This document shows, piece after piece, positions 17,869 to 22,261 of a stretch of 22,261 nt of DNA. The stretch is from Promethearchaeota archaeon. Its GTDB lineage: Archaea > Asgardarchaeota > Lokiarchaeia > Sigyniarchaeales > SOKP01. Both the position numbers and the translations under genes were made by a program. The notes beneath the pieces are model-generated. The model was not told the DNA's origin and searched no databases. It saw nothing but the letters and a program-made list of their open reading frames with translations. The DNA is taken from the NCBI GenBank assembly GCA_016926735.1, contig JAFGOA010000144.1, positions 1-22,261 of the forward strand, read 5' to 3'. Every line of letters starts with the position of its first letter. The stretch's first letter is position 1.

Positions 17869-19047
17869 ATGGTTGATAAGAATATTCTAATGTTGTCTTC
17901 AGCGGAATATAAAGCAAGTTCAAGATTTACTAGGAGTGCTCAAATGTTCTCAGAAAAGGGGAATAATGTAGAGATATTATGCTGTGATAGATTATATAAT
18001 AATCCTAAAAGAGAAAAACTTGATAAAATTAATATTAGATTTGTCCGATCATTTCTTTCAAAAAAAAAATTAAATGTCCTAACAATGCCTTTCTTTTTAT
18101 TATATTTATATCTAAAATATTTAATTAAAACAATAAAGAAACCAAAGATAGACATTATTTATTCATATACTCTTGATTTATTACCAATTTCAATTCTTTT
18201 GAAAAAAATAAAAAAATCTAAATTAATCTATGATTCTGCTGAGTATTATCCTGGAATGATCATAAATTATGTTCCTAAATTTATATATTATATGGTAAGA
18301 GCTATATATTACAAACTTGCAAAAAAAGCAGATTATGTTATTACGACAAATAAATTGTTGGAATATCAATTTAAACTAGCTAAAGTTAAAAAAGTCAAAA
18401 TAATAGCAAACGTTCCAGATACTAATATTTTCTTTTTTAACGAGAATAATAGAAATAAAATAAGAAATGATTTAAAAATTCCAAATAATACCATTGTATT
18501 TTCTTTTATAGGGTTTATGGCTGAATTTCGTGGGCTTGAAGAAATGGTTCAAGCCAGTAAGATTTTAAGTAAAGAAAATAATAATTTTAAAATCTTAATT
18601 ATAGGTAAAGGTCCAAAAAAACAAGAAATAATGAGGAGAATTGAAGTAAATGGTTTAAAGGAATTTTTTATAATTAAAGATTTTATCGAGTTAAATTCCG
18701 TTCCACAATATTTGAGTGCTTCTGATGTTGTATTTATCTTATATAATCCAGATAAATTAAATAATTGGTATGGTGTCCCAAATAAGCTTTTTGAGGCAAT
18801 GGCTTGTGAGAGAGCTGTAATTGGAAGTAATTTTGGAAATTTAAAAAATTTAATTAATGATATAAAATGTGGACTTCTTGTAGATATGAAGAATCCAAAA
18901 GATATTGCTGATAAAATGAAAATTATTTTAGAAGATGGTGCTCTTAGAACTAAATTAGGAAAAAATGGTTATAATCGTACTATTAATGAATATAATCTAA
19001 AATATAATACAAATACACTAAATAAAGTTATTGAAGAATTGAATTAA
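17869..19047 (+). CDS. Glycosyltransferase family 4 (GT-B)
   Basis: LIYDSAEYYP, FIGFMAEFRGLE, IIGKGP, PNKLFEAMACERAVIGSN, GLLVD. Confidence 0.92.
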   Translation: MVDKNILMLSSAEYKASSRFTRSAQMFSEKGNNVEILCCDRLYNNPKREKLDKINIRFVRSFLSKKKLNVLTMPFFLLYLYLKYLIKTIKKPKIDIIYSYTLDLLPISILLKKIKKSKLIYDSAEYYPGMIINYVPKFIYYMVRAIYYKLAKKADYVITTNKLLEYQFKLAKVKKVKIIANVPDTNIFFFNENNRNKIRNDLKIPNNTIVFSFIGFMAEFRGLEEMVQASKILSKENNNFKILIIGKGPKKQEIMRRIEVNGLKEFFIIKDFIELNSVPQYLSASDVVFILYNPDKLNNWYGVPNKLFEAMACERAVIGSNFGNLKNLINDIKCGLLVDMKNPKDIADKMKIILEDGALRTKLGKNGYNRTINEYNLKYNTNTLNKVIEELN

Positions 19048-19056
19048 TTATTTTAT

Positions 19057-19218
19057 GCCACTATAAATACTTTAAGAAAAGTAGTTCCTACAGCCTTCGA
19101 TGGTAAAGGAATAGAATCGATGGTGTTATCACCATGAATTGTTATAATTTGTTGATCGTAACTCAATTATATATAAATCTTAATAGCACTTTATAGGTTA
19201 TACTGGTTCTAATAACAT
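19057..19218 (+). mobile_element. Direct repeat copy 2: shorter tnpB 3'-end/right-end remnant
   Basis: Reads ATINTLRKVVPTAFDGKGIESMVLSP* (stop 19135-19137) and matches copy 1 at constant offset 1616. Starts 9 bp after the GT4 stop. Hairpin ATGGTG-TTAT-CACCAT at 19120-19135. Confidence 0.85.
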
Positions 19219-19307
19219 AAGTTATAATGGTTTTAATAACATGAAATATATGAATATGTATGAAGTATTATCAACTTCGTCAATCATTATTTATTATTAA
19301 ATAAATT

Positions 19308-20624
19308 ATGTTTAAATTAAATAACTTTTTTAAATTAAAGATCTCAAAGGATTTTCTAATATATCTTATTGGAAATATTACTTTTGCTGGAATCAATATT
19401 CTCTGTACCAGTATGATTGCTCGGTATTTAAGTCCAAGCCATTTTGGAGAATTTTCATTGATATATAGAATAATTCAGATCATAATTATAATATCAGATA
19501 TCGGATTGGGGCAAAGTTTGATAAAATTCGCATCTGAATTTAATTCAAAAAAAGAATTTGATAAAGTTGATGATCTTATAAATTACACTTTTAGACTTCG
19601 GTTTTTTGTCTCTCTATTTATTTGTATAATAGGTCTTCTTTTTTCAAGTACATTATCAAAATATTTATTAAAAAATGAAGCTCTTTTAATTCCACTAATG
19701 ATTGCTTTTATGGGGGGAATTGGATTTTCAATTTTCGAATTTCAGAAATCAGTATTACTATTTAAACAACAATTCAATAAAATACCAATATTAATTAACA
19801 TTCAAATTATATCGATTTTTATTCTCCTCGCTTTATTATCAATAAATTCTGAATTAAATCTACTAAACTCAATTATAATATACAATATAATTCCTATATT
19901 AGTTGTTTTTCTTGGTTTTTTTTTAATTAAATTTAAGTTTAATCTTTTTAAAAAATCCGAATTTAATTATAAAAAAATACTAAAATTTAGTTTCTATTTG
20001 AATATTTCAAATATATTATTGATATTACTGAATCGAACTGATATTTTTTATTTAAATTTCTTTTTTGATGTAGAGATAACAGGAATTTATTCAGCAGCAT
20101 TAAATATGGCAGCTTTTTTGAATGTATTAATAAGTACAATTACATTTTTTATACTGCCAAAGGTTTCTGAATTATTAGATATGAAGGAAATAAAAAAAGC
20201 TTTTAAAATAATTTTAAAATATTCAACTTTACTATATATAATAACAGTTATACCCACAGTATTTTTATCTGACCATATTATTCTATTATTTTTTGGTTCA
20301 AGTTATGACCGTTCAATCCTTATATTTCGAATATTGATTATATCTATTGGTTTAGGCTTGATTACAACTCCGGCAAATACATTAATACTAAAATTCAACA
20401 AACCATATATCTATACTATAATGATTGTATCACAATTGTTAATTTTTCTAATAGGAACCCCTATATTCTTTAACTTCTTTGGTTATATTGGTTTTGCTTA
20501 TATTACATTTATATTTAATTTATTTGGTCTAATATACGTTATTAGTTATTTATTATTATACTTTAGAAAAAAGAGAAAGGAACTCATATTAACCGAACCA
20601 AATGATAATCTGATAAATGATTAA
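19308..20624 (+). CDS. Oligosaccharide flippase (Wzx/MOP superfamily)
   Basis: Polytopic hydrophobic protein with ARYLSPSHFGEFSL, DIGL...LIKF, NRTD, TGIYSAA, ILPKVS; lies between glycosyltransferase genes. Confidence 0.9.
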   Translation: MFKLNNFFKLKISKDFLIYLIGNITFAGINILCTSMIARYLSPSHFGEFSLIYRIIQIIIIISDIGLGQSLIKFASEFNSKKEFDKVDDLINYTFRLRFFVSLFICIIGLLFSSTLSKYLLKNEALLIPLMIAFMGGIGFSIFEFQKSVLLFKQQFNKIPILINIQIISIFILLALLSINSELNLLNSIIIYNIIPILVVFLGFFLIKFKFNLFKKSEFNYKKILKFSFYLNISNILLILLNRTDIFYLNFFFDVEITGIYSAALNMAAFLNVLISTITFFILPKVSELLDMKEIKKAFKIILKYSTLLYIITVIPTVFLSDHIILLFFGSSYDRSILIFRILIISIGLGLITTPANTLILKFNKPYIYTIMIVSQLLIFLIGTPIFFNFFGYIGFAYITFIFNLFGLIYVISYLLLYFRKKRKELILTEPNDNLIND

Positions 20625-20821
20625 ATTAAATTTATTTAAAATTTATTTATATTTACCAATATTTTTAATCTAAGGAAGAAATCTTAATAATTATTAACTG
20701 TGATAAATTATTCAAATATATTAATCCATAATAAATATTAAAAGTAATTTTTAGAAGAATTAAAGAGATATTTTATATTATAAAAATAATAAATAATCAT
20801 TTATTATTACGATATTAAACA

Positions 20822-21664
20822 ATGGATAAGAGCCAACCTTTTATAACTGTTTTTACACCAAACTTTAATAAATCGGAGTTTATTTTAGAAACCATTCAAA
20901 GTATTCTAAATCAAACATATACTAATTTCGAATATATTATTATTGATGATTGCTCAACAGATGAAAGCTGGAATATAATTCAAAATCAAGCTAAAAAAGA
21001 TAATAGAATAAAATGTTATAGAAATAAGATTAATTTAAGAATAGTGGAAACAAGAAATAGAGGATTTCGATATAGCTCTCCAGATGCAAAATATTTTTCT
21101 ATCATTGACAGCGATGACGTTGCAGATAAAAAAAGATTAGAATATCAAATTAATTTTCTTGAGAAAAATAAAGACTATGGAATGGTTGGATCTAATGCAA
21201 TAATTATCAATGAAAAATCAAAAATAGTCGGATATCGAAATTATCCTTCAGAAAATGAAAAAATAAAAAAAATTATCGCTCGAATTAATCCTTTTACTCA
21301 ATCTAGTGTAACTCTTAGAAAAAAAGTAATTAAAGAGATAGGATTATATAATAAAAAATGGTTTGTATGTCAAGATTATGATTATTGGTTAAGAGTAGGA
21401 ATTAAATGGAAATTAAAAAATCTAAATAAACCACTTATTAGATACCGATTAAACACAAATCAAGTGAAAAATAAATTTCTCAAAGAGACTTTATTACATA
21501 CTTTAGAAATTCAAAAAAAAGCAATCTTATTATATGGATATAAAGATTCATTATATTCAAAAATAAATAGAATATTTCTAAAGTTATTAATTTCATTTCC
21601 AAGATTGTCTTTAATTATTTATAAAATCATCATCAGGTATTTTTCGAAAATTTTAAAATTATAA
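20822..21664 (+). CDS. Glycosyltransferase family 2 (GT-A)
   Basis: ITVFTPNFN, SILNQTY.NFE, IIDDCSTD, RNRG, DSDD, QDYDYWLR. Confidence 0.93.
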   Translation: MDKSQPFITVFTPNFNKSEFILETIQSILNQTYTNFEYIIIDDCSTDESWNIIQNQAKKDNRIKCYRNKINLRIVETRNRGFRYSSPDAKYFSIIDSDDVADKKRLEYQINFLEKNKDYGMVGSNAIIINEKSKIVGYRNYPSENEKIKKIIARINPFTQSSVTLRKKVIKEIGLYNKKWFVCQDYDYWLRVGIKWKLKNLNKPLIRYRLNTNQVKNKFLKETLLHTLEIQKKAILLYGYKDSLYSKINRIFLKLLISFPRLSLIIYKIIIRYFSKILKL

Positions 21665-21870
21665 TAAGGAAAAAAATATTTGGATTCTTATTATAATCAT
21701 ATAATTTCAAAATAAAGAGATAATTAATTTGAATGATATATTAGAAGACAGAAAAGGGATTTTCATTAAAAATATAATATTAACGAGAAGTGTAGGTTAA
21801 AAATTATTTTTATTGAATTCTGTTATTAATAATCATTTATTATTTGTATGTTATGAAAGTAATTAATTAT

Positions 21871-22060
21871 AGTTTTATTTAATTAATTAAGTGAACTACC
21901 CCGTCTTAAATGACGTAGCTTCCTACGAGTGCACAATCGCTTCTACTACGGACTGGCCTGTATATCGTAGAAAACCCTTCCATTGATCTAAGAAGGATTC
22001 CTCGTTCACAGAGGGTTGATGCGATAGGAAATCATACTTCTTTTCTTTTTTACGTAAAAG
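21871..22060 (-). ncRNA. Predicted TnpB omegaRNA (reRNA); 5' limit approximate, guide from flank 21871-21890
   Basis: Inferred from the established TnpB arrangement (scaffold overlaps the tnpB 3' end and right end). Expression not shown. Confidence 0.5.
21891..21922 (-). mobile_element. IS200/IS605-family right end (subterminal hairpin, ends TCAC)
   Basis: Minus strand after the tnpB TAG reads GAAGCTACGTCATTTAAGACGGGGTAGTTCAC, with stem CGTC-ATTTAA-GACG and terminal GTAGTTCAC. Composition drops abruptly to AT-only flank beyond 21891. Confidence 0.85.
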
Positions 22061-22261
22061 AAATTTGACCATAATATTGATTGCTGAATTGAGATCTCGG
22101 TCAATATGATTTCCACAAGCGCAAATAATAACTCGTTCATGAATAGAACGTTTTTTTTTCTTCCGCATTGACAACAGACTTGGGTTGTAGCTGATTCATC
22201 AATTTTTATTACTCTTTTACCTATTTTTTCTGCTTTATAGGTTAAAAATTGTATAAATCGA
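21923..22261 (-). pseudogene. tnpB: tnpB C-terminal part (Zn finger + RuvC-III), 5'-truncated by the window, frameshifted at an A9 run
   Basis: Frame from 22260: RFIQFLTYKAEKIGKRVIKIDESATTQVCCQCGRKK. Homology continues in the -1 frame: RSIHERVIICACGNHIDRDLNSAINIM. The switch is at T9 22151-22159 on the plus strand. Confidence 0.88.

Noticed and set aside
1519-18155. Short opposite-strand ORFs in the track (1519, 2851, 3512, 3971, 5369, 5583, 5904, 7324, 8725, 12118, 13586, 16884, 17940)
   Set aside because: All are antisense shadows of well-supported genes and carry no recognisable motifs.
17461-19218. Repeat pair as a CRISPR array, att sites or terminal inverted repeats
   Set aside because: Only two long direct copies, both encoding a TnpB C-terminus; no spacer periodicity, integrase or inversion.
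20625-21870. Promoters, terminators or ncRNAs in the AT-rich spacers (20625-20821, 21665-21870)
   Set aside because: TATA-like and T-run motifs are indistinguishable from background at this AT content; no stable GC stems seen.
21923-22174. 83-aa ORF as an independent small gene
   Set aside because: It is the -1-frame C-terminal half of tnpB; its apparent start lies inside the upstream CCQCG coding region.

Overview
Very AT-rich prokaryotic window, most likely archaeal and plausibly Asgard/Lokiarchaeia-like. That placement is inference from an archaeal-type IleRS, a GAGGTGA Shine-Dalgarno site and a tandem UBC-like + RING protein. Most of the window is a surface-glycan locus: a 3'-truncated sugar O-methyltransferase missing from the ORF track (1..974, minus), two GDP-sugar SDRs, a PAPS module (small RHH protein, sat, cysC), an 8-gene minus-strand cluster interleaving heptose genes (hddA, gmhA, gmhB, an HldE-kinase-like gene with degenerate catalytic motifs) with non-oxidative pentose phosphate genes (rpe, tal, split transketolase), and GT4, flippase and GT2 genes. 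ileS and a 554-aa protein with four Cys-free UEV/RWD-like repeats plus a C4HC3-type RING (FANCL-like E3 architecture) sit in the middle. Three IS200/IS605 tnpB-derived pieces are present: two related 3'-end remnants in direct orientation flanking the GT4 gene, and a frameshifted tnpB of another subfamily with an intact right end at the right edge. No rRNA, tRNA or CRISPR array was seen. All calls are from motif reading by eye; no searches were run.
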